This document shows, piece after piece, positions 1 through 7,670 of a stretch of 64,000 bases of DNA. The notes below the pieces were generated by a model. It saw nothing but the letters and a program-made list of their open reading frames with translations, was not told the origin of the DNA and ran no database searches. The position numbers and the translations under genes are program-made. The DNA is from an uncultured bacterium (GTDB lineage: Bacteria; Zixibacteria; MSB-5A5; UBA10806), in the NCBI GenBank assembly GCA_965541585.1, contig CBEUCH010000011.1, forward strand, positions 1-64,000, written 5' to 3'. How positions within the stretch are numbered: the stretch's first letter is position 1; each line of letters opens with the position of its first letter.

Positions 1-381
1 CCAGGAAAGCGATGGCGGAGTACGGGCCGAAGGCTCGCAAGGCGGCCAAGGACACAGCGGCAGTCATCGGGCCGAAAGCCAGGGAGGCTTCAGTCAAGGT
101 CGAGCGTATGGCCAGGAAAGCGATGGCGGAGTACGGGCCGAAGGCTCGCAAGGCGGCCAAGGACACAGCGGCAGTCATCGGGCCGAAAGCCAGGGAGGCT
201 TCAGTCAAGGTCGAGCGTATGGCCAGGAAAGCGATGGCGGAGTACGGGCCGAAGGCTCGCAAGGCGGCCAAGGACACCGCGGCGGTTATCGGGCCGAGAG
301 CCAAGGAAGCTTCTGTCAAAGTTGAGCGTATGGCCAGAAAGGCGATGGCGAAATACAAACCGAAGGCACGTAAAGCCGCCA
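1..381 (+). repeat. 111-bp coding tandem repeat (two identical copies, a third diverging in its 3' half, and a partial fourth)
   Basis: CCAGGAAAGCGATGGCGG recurs at 1, 112 and 223, with a diverged copy at 334. The unit encodes MAEYGPKARKAAKDTAAVIGPKAREASVKVERMARKA. Confidence 0.95.
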
Positions 382-626
382 GGGATTTCGAAAAGACAAT
401 GACCAGACTGGCTTCCGGTGCCACCAGGGCTGTGATAGATGCTTTAGGATCGAGAACCACCACAAAGAAAAGCACGACCACCGCCAAAAAGAAGGCCAAG
501 AAAGCTGTCAAAAAAACTGTGAAGAAAATGGCGGCAAAATCGGCCAGGAAGACCGTTAAAAAATCTGTCACAAAAACTCCCATCAAAAAGAAGGCTAAAA
601 GAGCCTCCGGAAAGGGCAGGAGGTGA
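1..626 (+). CDS. Lys/Ala-rich repeat protein with a histone H1-like C-terminal tail (5'-truncated)
   Basis: The frame is open to the window edge (codons R-K-A precede the ATG at 12). It has 37-aa repeats and then a KKKAKKAVKK-type tail. The stop overlaps the next start (GTGA, 623-626). Confidence 0.75.
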   Translation, partial: RKAMAEYGPKARKAAKDTAAVIGPKAREASVKVERMARKAMAEYGPKARKAAKDTAAVIGPKAREASVKVERMARKAMAEYGPKARKAAKDTAAVIGPRAKEASVKVERMARKAMAKYKPKARKAARDFEKTMTRLASGATRAVIDALGSRTTTKKSTTTAKKKAKKAVKKTVKKMAAKSARKTVKKSVTKTPIKKKAKRASGKGRR

Positions 627-1129
627 TTGAATTGCTAAAAGGGAAAGCTTGGAAATTCGGAGACGATATATCCACGGATCATATTGCGCCGGGAAGGTAT
701 TTTCATCTCCGTTCGAATCTGCCCGAGCTGGCAAAACATGTGCTGGAGGATGCCGATACTGAGTTTGCATCGAAAATGTCGCCGGGCGATTTTGTGGTCG
801 GCGGGAAAAACTTTGGCCTGGGATCATCCAGGGAACATGCCCCCACCATAATAAAGCTCTCCGGTGTGTCAGCGGTTCTGGCCAAATCCTTTGCCAGGAT
901 TTTCTTCCGAAACTCGATAAACGTGGGTTTACCGGTTCTCATATGCGATACTGACAAGATTAATGCCGGCGATGAGCTGGAGGTTGATCTGGAAGCGGGA
1001 GCGATTAAAGACCTTACTAACGGGGAGCAAATGGTTTTTAAACCTCTTCCGCCCACAATGATTAAGATTCTCAATGATGGCGGACTTTTATCGCATATAC
1101 AGAAGCATGGAGATTTCAAACTGGACTAA
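623..1129 (+). CDS. leuD: 3-isopropylmalate dehydratase / homoaconitase small subunit (short LeuD/HacB type)
   Basis: Motifs GKAWKFGDDISTDHIAPG, NFGLGSSREHA and SFARIFFRN; 168 aa. Substrate specificity is uncertain. Confidence 0.88.
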   Translation: MIELLKGKAWKFGDDISTDHIAPGRYFHLRSNLPELAKHVLEDADTEFASKMSPGDFVVGGKNFGLGSSREHAPTIIKLSGVSAVLAKSFARIFFRNSINVGLPVLICDTDKINAGDELEVDLEAGAIKDLTNGEQMVFKPLPPTMIKILNDGGLLSHIQKHGDFKLD

Positions 1130-1150
1130 AACCTTAGACTTGGAGTGAAT

Positions 1151-1351
1151 ATGGCCCGTAATTTTTCAGGAATATTATGGGGGATGCTGTTTATACTCGT
1201 CGGGACCTTGATGCTACTGGACCGACTGCATATCATTTATTTCAATCTGGGCCATTTTATTAGCACCTGGTGGCCATTGGTGCTGGTAATAATCGGGATC
1301 GGCATGATTCTCAATCAATCCTCCAGGGATCGCCGGCGTAAAGAGAATTAG
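1151..1351 (+). CDS. LiaI/LiaF-like small membrane protein (DUF5668-like)
   Basis: Two hydrophobic helices with the WWPLVLVIIG motif. GGAG lies just before the ATG at 1151. Confidence 0.75.
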   Translation: MARNFSGILWGMLFILVGTLMLLDRLHIIYFNLGHFISTWWPLVLVIIGIGMILNQSSRDRRRKEN

Positions 1352-1363
1352 TTGGTCCGGTAA

Positions 1364-1948
1364 GTGAAGTTCAATAGTCAGAAGCTTATTGGATGGATTA
1401 TCATCGCGATAGGCCTGCTCTTCCTGATGGGAAACATTTTTCCGGAATTTAGCTTCTGGCATTTCATCGCTAATCTCTGGCCCCTGATCCTGATTTTCAT
1501 CGGATTATATATAATCGTTAACCATTGGAGATTCGGCCGCGGGGAATCCGGGGCAGATTGGGAAACCCGAAGCAGATTCATCGGTGAACTGAAAACGAGC
1601 TACGGCGGGCAGCAGATAGGTGATATAAGGATTTCGCTTTTTATTGGCGAACTCACCATAGACCTGGCAGGCGCGAAGCTGCTAACCGGCGAGAATCGTC
1701 TGAATGCCTCGTTCGGTATTGGCGAGACGACCATTTACGTTCCCGAAGGTTTCCCCCTGCGGGTCACGGCTCAGACTTTTGCCGGAGAATTAAAATACGA
1801 TCACCATAAGAGCAACGGGATTTTTCCAAAGCTGGAGCAGACCGACGATGAATATCAGTCTTCCGATAAAAAGCTTCATATCATCGTCGATGGTTTCATC
1901 GGGGAACTGACGATTCAGAGAATACGTGATGATAATAGTGGTGGATAG
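1364..1948 (+). CDS. LiaF-like cell-envelope stress membrane protein
   Basis: N-terminal TM pair ([10 protein letters not shown]) followed by repeated FIGELTIDL / [10 protein letters not shown] beta motifs typical of the LiaF C-terminal domain. Confidence 0.8.
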   Translation: MKFNSQKLIGWIIIAIGLLFLMGNIFPEFSFWHFIANLWPLILIFIGLYIIVNHWRFGRGESGADWETRSRFIGELKTSYGGQQIGDIRISLFIGELTIDLAGAKLLTGENRLNASFGIGETTIYVPEGFPLRVTAQTFAGELKYDHHKSNGIFPKLEQTDDEYQSSDKKLHIIVDGFIGELTIQRIRDDNSGG

Positions 1949-1968
1949 AATGCAAGAGGAGGAGACTG

Positions 1969-3210
1969 GTGAGGTTTAAGTTGATCGTGCCCCCGGGAGA
2001 GGGGAAACCGATTACAATCGTGAACAACAAGTTAAAGGTTCCAGCGTACCCCATAATACCGGTAATCGAGGGCGATGGTATCGGCCGCGATATTATGAAG
2101 GCAACGCGCCGGGTGGTCGATTCCGCGGTGGAGAAAACATACGGAGGAAAAAAGAGGATCGTCTGGTTCGATATTTACGCCGGCGAAGCGGGGCAGGAAC
2201 GTTATGGCGAAGTTCTTCCAAAGGATACTCTCAATGCCATAAAGCAATATGTCGTGGCCTTGAAAGGGCCATTGACAACTCCGGTCGGGGGAGGATTCCG
2301 GTCGCTAAACGTAACTTTAAGGCAGATGCTTGTGCTATACGCCTGTGTCCGCCCGGTGCGCTATTTCTCCGGAGTGCCCTCTCCCGTAACGCATCCCGAA
2401 AAGATGGACGTGGTAATTTTCAGGGAGAACACCGAGGACGTTTACGCCGGAATCGAATGGCCCAAAGGGTCCAGGGAAGCTCGAGCGGTTATCGATTTTT
2501 TGAAGAAAAAGATGAAAGTAAAGGTGCGAAGCGATTCAGGAATCGGGATCAAACCGATCTCAGTGACAGGGACTCAGAGACTGGTGCGCAAAGCCATACA
2601 ATACGCGATAGACAATAACCGAACCTCGGTGACCCTCGTTCATAAAGGCAATATCATGAAATACACCGAGGGCGCCTTCCGCGATTGGGGTTACCAGCTT
2701 GCGAAAAAGGCATTTCCCACTAAGACCATCACTGAAGATGAGCTCTGGAGCAAATACAAAGGCAAACAGCCCGAAGGCAAGATACTCATCAAGGACCGGA
2801 TCGCAGATTCGATGTTCCAGCAGATCCTGACACGCACCGACGAGTATGACGTTATAGCGACGCCCAATCTTAACGGCGATTATCTCTCCGATGCCTGCGC
2901 GGCGCAGGTCGGAGGGTTGGGCATGGCGCCCGGCGCCAATATCGGCGATTTCATCGGGCTATTCGAGGCCACTCACGGCACAGCCCCGAAATATGCCGAC
3001 AAGGATATGGTCAATCCCGGGTCGCTCATTCTCTCGGCCTGCATGATGCTGAAATACCTGGGCTGGAAGGAAGTCGCTTTGAGTATCGAGGGCGCCATGC
3101 AGAAAACCATCATACAGAAGACGGTGACCTACGATCTGGAGCGTCAGATGGAAGGCGCGACCAAGGTTTCAACATCGCAGTATGCGACGAGCATAATAGC
3201 GAATTTGTAA
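1969..3210 (+). CDS. icd: Isocitrate dehydrogenase (NADP-type, E. coli-like family)
   Basis: Motifs [47 protein letters not shown] and [19 protein letters not shown] upstream. Confidence 0.96.
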   Translation: MRFKLIVPPGEGKPITIVNNKLKVPAYPIIPVIEGDGIGRDIMKATRRVVDSAVEKTYGGKKRIVWFDIYAGEAGQERYGEVLPKDTLNAIKQYVVALKGPLTTPVGGGFRSLNVTLRQMLVLYACVRPVRYFSGVPSPVTHPEKMDVVIFRENTEDVYAGIEWPKGSREARAVIDFLKKKMKVKVRSDSGIGIKPISVTGTQRLVRKAIQYAIDNNRTSVTLVHKGNIMKYTEGAFRDWGYQLAKKAFPTKTITEDELWSKYKGKQPEGKILIKDRIADSMFQQILTRTDEYDVIATPNLNGDYLSDACAAQVGGLGMAPGANIGDFIGLFEATHGTAPKYADKDMVNPGSLILSACMMLKYLGWKEVALSIEGAMQKTIIQKTVTYDLERQMEGATKVSTSQYATSIIANL

Positions 3211-3421
3211 AAGCGAAACAAAGATAGCGGTTGTAGGGGCGTCCTACAGATCCGTAGGAAATTGATATTCGCCCCCCTTTTTTGGCCAGTAGATCGAAAT
3301 TTTCGCGATTTAGGCTATGCATTATAGCATGGAAAGAGTAATCCATTTAATATATAATCTTTTTGTTATAATGTAAAGCCGTCATAACTTGCAGACATCG
3401 TTAATATTATCCATTTTATTC

Positions 3422-3450
3422 TTGACAAATAAGCTGATCATAGGTATTAT
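3422..3450 (+). promoter_or_regulatory. sigma70-type promoter
   Basis: TTGACA-N17-TATTAT in an AT-rich intergenic region upstream of the 3603 gene. Confidence 0.7.
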
Positions 3451-3602
3451 AACTAATGTGACCATAAGTATCGCTTAAGTTTGTAATAAAGCCGTCATTA
3501 AGTATTTTCTACAAAAGGGAAATGGTACTTCTTAAATAAATGACAAAACTAAAACACACAAAACATTCTAAATAATTGAGTTTTTTGAAAGGAAGGATTT
3601 TT

Positions 3603-5108
3603 ATGTTTGGGAAAGCTATGATTGAGAATTCTGGAACTGTGAAGATCTTTTTGCTAAGCACAATAGTCATTTTATTGGTTTCTTCGAATCCAATAAACGC
3701 ACAGGTACCCAATACAATAAGCTATCAAGGTTTATTGGCGGATGGGGATGGTGATGAAGTGGATGATGGTGATTACAATCTACACTTTAGAATATGGGAC
3801 GATATCACAGACGGGACTATGTTATGGGAAGAGAACCATATTGGCGTAGAAGTTCGGGAAGGTCGTTTCCATGTAATATTGACCGGCTTGGCTAATGTTG
3901 AGTTTGACGAACCATACTGGGTGGGAATAAGTGTACAGGGCGGAGCGGAATTACCTCGCTTCGAGCTTACATCAACGGGGTATAGTTTGAACGCCAGATC
4001 AATTGTTGATGATGCCATAACAAGCGCCAAGATTCAGGACGGCACGATACAATTCGCAGACATCGGGCAGAACGGATCAAGTACAAACCAGATTATGAAG
4101 TGGAACGGAAGTACGTGGATTGCGGCACAAGATGAAACTGGTGATGCCGGTGTAACAGATCATGGTGATCTAACCGGTTTAGAAGATGATGATCATCCCC
4201 AGTATTTACACACCGCAATCGACGATACCATTTCTAGTAATATCCTCTTCGGAGATAGTGCTATGGTAACCGGGAGTAGTAATAGGGTGATAATGGGTAC
4301 TGCCTCTGGTTGTCCAGAGACTTCTATACTTTGTATTGAGCGCGAACTCTCTGCCAGTACAGACATAAGATATGGCATAGATATTGATCTCGTAGATTGG
4401 GATGGAACAGGCGATGTAAGAGGAATATACTCGCAAAGCGAATCGTATTATGGGGCAACGACGGCAATATACGGAAAGGGGATAGGGAATAATATAGGTT
4501 CTACTATAGGCGTGATGGGAAGAGCCGATGGCGGAACTAATGCTTATGGCGTTGTTGGTCATGCGTCTAATGCCTCGAATAATAACTATGCCGGAGAATT
4601 CTACAATGACGTAATGGTTTATGGTAATGTCTTCAAAACAGGTGGCACTTTCATAATTGACCATCCTCTTGATCCCGAGAACAAATATTTGCAGCACAGT
4701 TTTGTCGAATCGCCTGATATGATGAATATCTATAATGGTAACGTATCCCTCGACGGTAACGGCAATGCCACAATTGATTTGCCGGAATGGTTTGAGGCCC
4801 TGAATATAGAATTTCGTTATCAATTAACGGCAATAGGCGCACCCGGTCCAAACTTATACATCGCACGTGAGATATCAGGCAATAGTTTTGAAATCTCGGG
4901 CGGTGAGCCAGGTATGAAAGTATCATGGCAAGTGACCGGTATTCGCCACGATAAATGGGCACAGGCAAATCGCATCCAGGTTGAAATAGAAAAGAAAAAC
5001 CACGAAAGAGGACTCTATCGTCACCCGGAGCTGTACGGATCTGGCGTAGAAAAGCACATTGAACACGAATTGCTAATTGAAATGCGGGGAGAAATCAGGG
5101 GTGAATAA
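3603..5108 (+). CDS. Secreted tail-fibre-like / trimeric adhesin-like protein
   Basis: Signal-like segment followed by QVPNTISYQGLL, a DHGDLTGLEDDDHPQYL motif, G-x-Y-G beta repeats and a C-terminal IDHPLDPENKYLQHSFVESP domain. AAGGA lies before the ATG at 3603. Confidence 0.65.
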   Translation: MFGKAMIENSGTVKIFLLSTIVILLVSSNPINAQVPNTISYQGLLADGDGDEVDDGDYNLHFRIWDDITDGTMLWEENHIGVEVREGRFHVILTGLANVEFDEPYWVGISVQGGAELPRFELTSTGYSLNARSIVDDAITSAKIQDGTIQFADIGQNGSSTNQIMKWNGSTWIAAQDETGDAGVTDHGDLTGLEDDDHPQYLHTAIDDTISSNILFGDSAMVTGSSNRVIMGTASGCPETSILCIERELSASTDIRYGIDIDLVDWDGTGDVRGIYSQSESYYGATTAIYGKGIGNNIGSTIGVMGRADGGTNAYGVVGHASNASNNNYAGEFYNDVMVYGNVFKTGGTFIIDHPLDPENKYLQHSFVESPDMMNIYNGNVSLDGNGNATIDLPEWFEALNIEFRYQLTAIGAPGPNLYIAREISGNSFEISGGEPGMKVSWQVTGIRHDKWAQANRIQVEIEKKNHERGLYRHPELYGSGVEKHIEHELLIEMRGEIRGE

Positions 5109-5292
5109 ATAGAATCTTTTGGCCTATGCGGCGGGTCGAAACCTTCACGGTTTCGACAATGCTATATAGCGTGGAAAGGCAAGCCTTTCGAGTTTCGATT
5201 TCCTTTTTTCATGTGATCTCAGAAGTTGCCTCCGACTTCAACGGAAGGGCGTCAGAAGTAACTTCTGGCGCCAGAAAGTGATGTAATAATGT

Positions 5293-5367
5293 GTGGCAAC
5301 CCCAAACTCGTTTGGGGTTGAAGAAGCACTTCCAAACCACCCCCAAACAAGTTTGAGGGTGGCACCC
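5293..5367. repeat. Inverted pair of REP-like palindromes
   Basis: CAACCCCAAAC-TC-GTTTGGGGTTG (5297-5320) and CCACCCCCAAAC-AA-GTTTGAGGGTGG (5337-5362). The second unit resembles the reverse complement of the first. Confidence 0.55.
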
Positions 5368-5391
5368 GGCGCGAGGCTTGGTAGATCAAAT

Positions 5392-5429
5392 AAAAAAGCA
5401 TGCTATCCGGCTGGTACGGAAAGCATGCT
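5392..5429 (-). terminator. Intrinsic terminator of the minus-strand T9SS cargo gene
   Basis: AGCATGCT-ATCCG / CGGAA-AGCATGCT stem with an A6 tract on + (U-tract on -), about 30 nt past the stop. Confidence 0.65.
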
Positions 5430-5459
5430 CCCACCTATCGACCGAAGAGCGGCGTTTAT

Positions 5460-6260
5460 TTAGCGCAATAACATCATTTTCTTGGTCATGGTTCCGGCGG
5501 ATGAGGTCAATCTGTAGAAGTAAATGCCGGATGGCAGTTCGCGGCCGCTCATCTCCTTTCCGCCCCACCTGATCGAGACGTTTCCCGGCTGAGTGACTCT
5601 GTCACTCCAGCTATAAACAACCTGTCCCAGAATATTGGTGATGATGAAACTTAAGTGACCGGCCTCGGCGATACTTATTTCGATTATCGTCTTATCGTTG
5701 AAGGGATTAGGATAATTCTGCTTCATCGAGAAATAGGTTGGTGAACCCGGCAGGTATTCAACATCGGTACCGCTTTCGACCGAGACCAGGACAACCTGCG
5801 TATCGGCGCCGAATGCTCTGGAACCCTGAAGCCCCGCCCAGTATAACCTGACCTCGATGGCCCCGGTGTCTGGTGCAGTCCAGATAAAGTTGCCCGAGTC
5901 GCTGTCAGCGGAAGACCATCGGACTCCGTTGGTTTCATTTGGCGTGTCATAGGTCTGGGTGCCCGGACCGGCGGATATCAGACCGGCATTATCTGATCCG
6001 GATCCGACTCTGACGGAGGCATTGAATTGGTTTATGCTGCTTCCAGATGTATGACCGACTGAAATCGTATACTGCTGCCTCGGTTCGTATATTTCCGGGA
6101 AACCGGTTACGGTTATCGTGGGAGCGAAGCTGAACTGAAAGTGACATGAACTTGTGCATGTGCCATTGGAGCCGGGCGCTCCTGAATAACCGGTATAATT
6201 CGCGTGCGCAAAAGCCGTTATCGGCAATATCGTGAATATCGACAATAGGGCCGTTCTCAT
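5460..6260 (-). CDS. T9SS type A CTD protein with a Reeler-like (choice-of-anchor V-like) domain
   Basis: Signal peptide, GYSGAPG..TCTSSCH, FIWTAP, and a C-terminal QNYPNPFN...SGIYFYRL...KKMMLLR sorting domain. GGAGG SD before the ATG at 6260. Confidence 0.8.
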   Translation of the reverse strand: MRTALLSIFTILPITAFAHANYTGYSGAPGSNGTCTSSCHFQFSFAPTITVTGFPEIYEPRQQYTISVGHTSGSSINQFNASVRVGSGSDNAGLISAGPGTQTYDTPNETNGVRWSSADSDSGNFIWTAPDTGAIEVRLYWAGLQGSRAFGADTQVVLVSVESGTDVEYLPGSPTYFSMKQNYPNPFNDKTIIEISIAEAGHLSFIITNILGQVVYSWSDRVTQPGNVSIRWGGKEMSGRELPSGIYFYRLTSSAGTMTKKMMLLR

Positions 6261-6317
6261 GAAAAATCCTCCGGGCAATAAGGTGTCAGGTCGACCCGAT
6301 CAAATCCTCACTTCAGA

Positions 6318-6344
6318 GTATCGGCTCTAAAGTTCCACGCTTGA
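6318..6344 (-). promoter_or_regulatory. Possible sigma28-like promoter
   Basis: Minus strand reads TCAA-N15-GCCGATAC, about 60 nt upstream of the 6260 start. Confidence 0.35.
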
Positions 6345-6422
6345 TTCAGAATTCCATTGCCGATTTCCTCAATAGCTGCTAAATTTGCGTAGGAATTGAA
6401 TTATAGAGAGATGGGAGATCAT

Positions 6423-6866
6423 ATGCCAGTCAAAAAGAAAGCGAAGAAGCCCGCCGGGAAGAAGGCTGTAAAGAAGGCGGCGACGAAGAAAAAAGTTGCC
6501 AAGAAAAAGGCTGTAAAGAAGGTCGCTAAGGAGAAAATCGCAAGAAAGATAGTACCGAAGATAGCGGCAATTTTCAAGAAGCCAAAGCCAGATAAGCCGG
6601 TTATGAAAGAGCCGCCGCCAGTGGAACCGGTTGTCGAAAAGCCGCCGGAGAAGCCGAAGAAGGAGAAACTGGGTATCGACTGCGAGCATTGCGATGCCAC
6701 CGGTATCTGCGCGGCCGGTACACCATATGATAAGAGCCGTGGTCAGACGTTCGGGGCCAAGATCAGGATGACATCCTGTATTGAATGTCTCCGGGCGGCC
6801 GGCGAGCATCGGAACTCGAAGAAACTGGTGGACTGTCGGTTATGCGACGGGGATGGGAACGTGTAA
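6423..6866 (+). CDS. Histone H1-like Lys/Ala-rich protein with a C-terminal Cys-rich Zn-finger
   Basis: KKAVKKAATKKKVAKKK N-terminus, Pro-rich linker, then CEHCDATGIC...CIEC...CRLCDGDG. GGGAG SD before the ATG at 6423. Confidence 0.75.
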   Translation: MPVKKKAKKPAGKKAVKKAATKKKVAKKKAVKKVAKEKIARKIVPKIAAIFKKPKPDKPVMKEPPPVEPVVEKPPEKPKKEKLGIDCEHCDATGICAAGTPYDKSRGQTFGAKIRMTSCIECLRAAGEHRNSKKLVDCRLCDGDGNV

Positions 6867-7036
6867 GCACTCTCAAACACCACTGATAAAAAATCAAAAA
6901 ACAAATTTCCCAAGTCCCGCAACCGCTTGCATATTTGATGATTTGTGAATCTGGAAACGGGAATTCAGGGTTACCCAGCGAACCATTATCCTGTTAAACC
7001 ACAATAACTTAAGATTTCAATCAAAGCGTAATTTTA

Positions 7037-7052
7037 GGGCATACGGTTTGCT
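7037..7052 (+). promoter_or_regulatory. sigma54 (-24/-12) promoter
   Basis: GGGCATACGGTTTGCT = GG-N10-GC with TTGC. A CAA-N4-TTA IHF-like core lies at 7002-7011. Confidence 0.55.
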
Positions 7053-7065
7053 TTAATGTCAGCCC

Positions 7066-7563
7066 ATGAAGACAGTATCACCATTATCAGGCTCGCTGCA
7101 GTGCTATTTTTTCGGCATCTCCTTCAATGGCGACGGCCGGGAGAAAAACGGGGGTCTATTCGGCTTCGCCATCCCCGATCTGGGTATTTCCTTCAGGAGC
7201 AGATTTGCTGGGACAATGTTTGAATGCCAGTATAAAGGTCTTCTGAGCCTCCTGAAGTTTGTGGAAGAGAACCGGGATACTTTTAAGGATCTGGAGATCG
7301 ATGTATTCTCCGACAGCGCCATCGTGAATTACCAGATTAACAACCATAAATTTGTCTCAAGCGACATTAAGAAATATTACGACGCTGCCATTCGTTATAG
7401 AGCCAGGATTCGATACAAGATCAGCTGGATACCCGGTCACGAGAATGTCGCCATCACCGGCCTGTACGATATGCCTCCAATAGCCGCGGATATCAATATA
7501 AAATTCGATGAGAAAAAACTCAGAGGGGAAAAGCCGGATGGCGATAAGCATACCGGCATATAA
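7066..7563 (+). CDS. RNase HI-like (RVT_3-type fold) protein, probably catalytically inactive
   Basis: FSDSAIVNYQIN and WIPGHEN match RNase HI motifs, but the first Asp, the Glu and the last Asp appear substituted. Confidence 0.65.
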   Translation: MKTVSPLSGSLQCYFFGISFNGDGREKNGGLFGFAIPDLGISFRSRFAGTMFECQYKGLLSLLKFVEENRDTFKDLEIDVFSDSAIVNYQINNHKFVSSDIKKYYDAAIRYRARIRYKISWIPGHENVAITGLYDMPPIAADINIKFDEKKLRGEKPDGDKHTGI

Positions 7564-7576
7564 TAGTGATATCCTC

Positions 7577-7605
7577 TTGACATTGCGCTCCAGAAGGTAT
7601 AACTT
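7577..7605 (+). promoter_or_regulatory. sigma70-type promoter
   Basis: TTGACA-N17-TAACTT upstream of the S8 peptidase gene. Confidence 0.55.
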
Positions 7606-7670
7606 GGAATAGAGTAGTATGATCGATCCCGTAAGGGATAAGGCGCTTCAAGGAAGTCTGTGGAGGAAAA

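Noticed and set aside
1..381. CRISPR array
   Set aside because: The repeats are contiguous 111-bp in-frame coding units with no unique spacers, and no cas genes are present.
444..827. Antisense ORF (127 aa)
   Set aside because: Shadow of the two recognisable + strand genes.
3232..3248. TGTAGG/CCTACA hairpin as a REP element or icd terminator
   Set aside because: Only a 6-bp stem, a single copy in the window, and no adjacent U-tract.
4206..4823. Antisense ORF (205 aa)
   Set aside because: Lies wholly within the fibre gene and has no recognisable motifs.
3603..5108. Prophage remnant
   Set aside because: No integrase, capsid, terminase or att sites, and the protein has a signal-like N-terminus.
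7066..7563. Retroelement or reverse transcriptase
   Set aside because: Only an RNase H-like fold is present; there is no RT domain or YxDD motif nearby.
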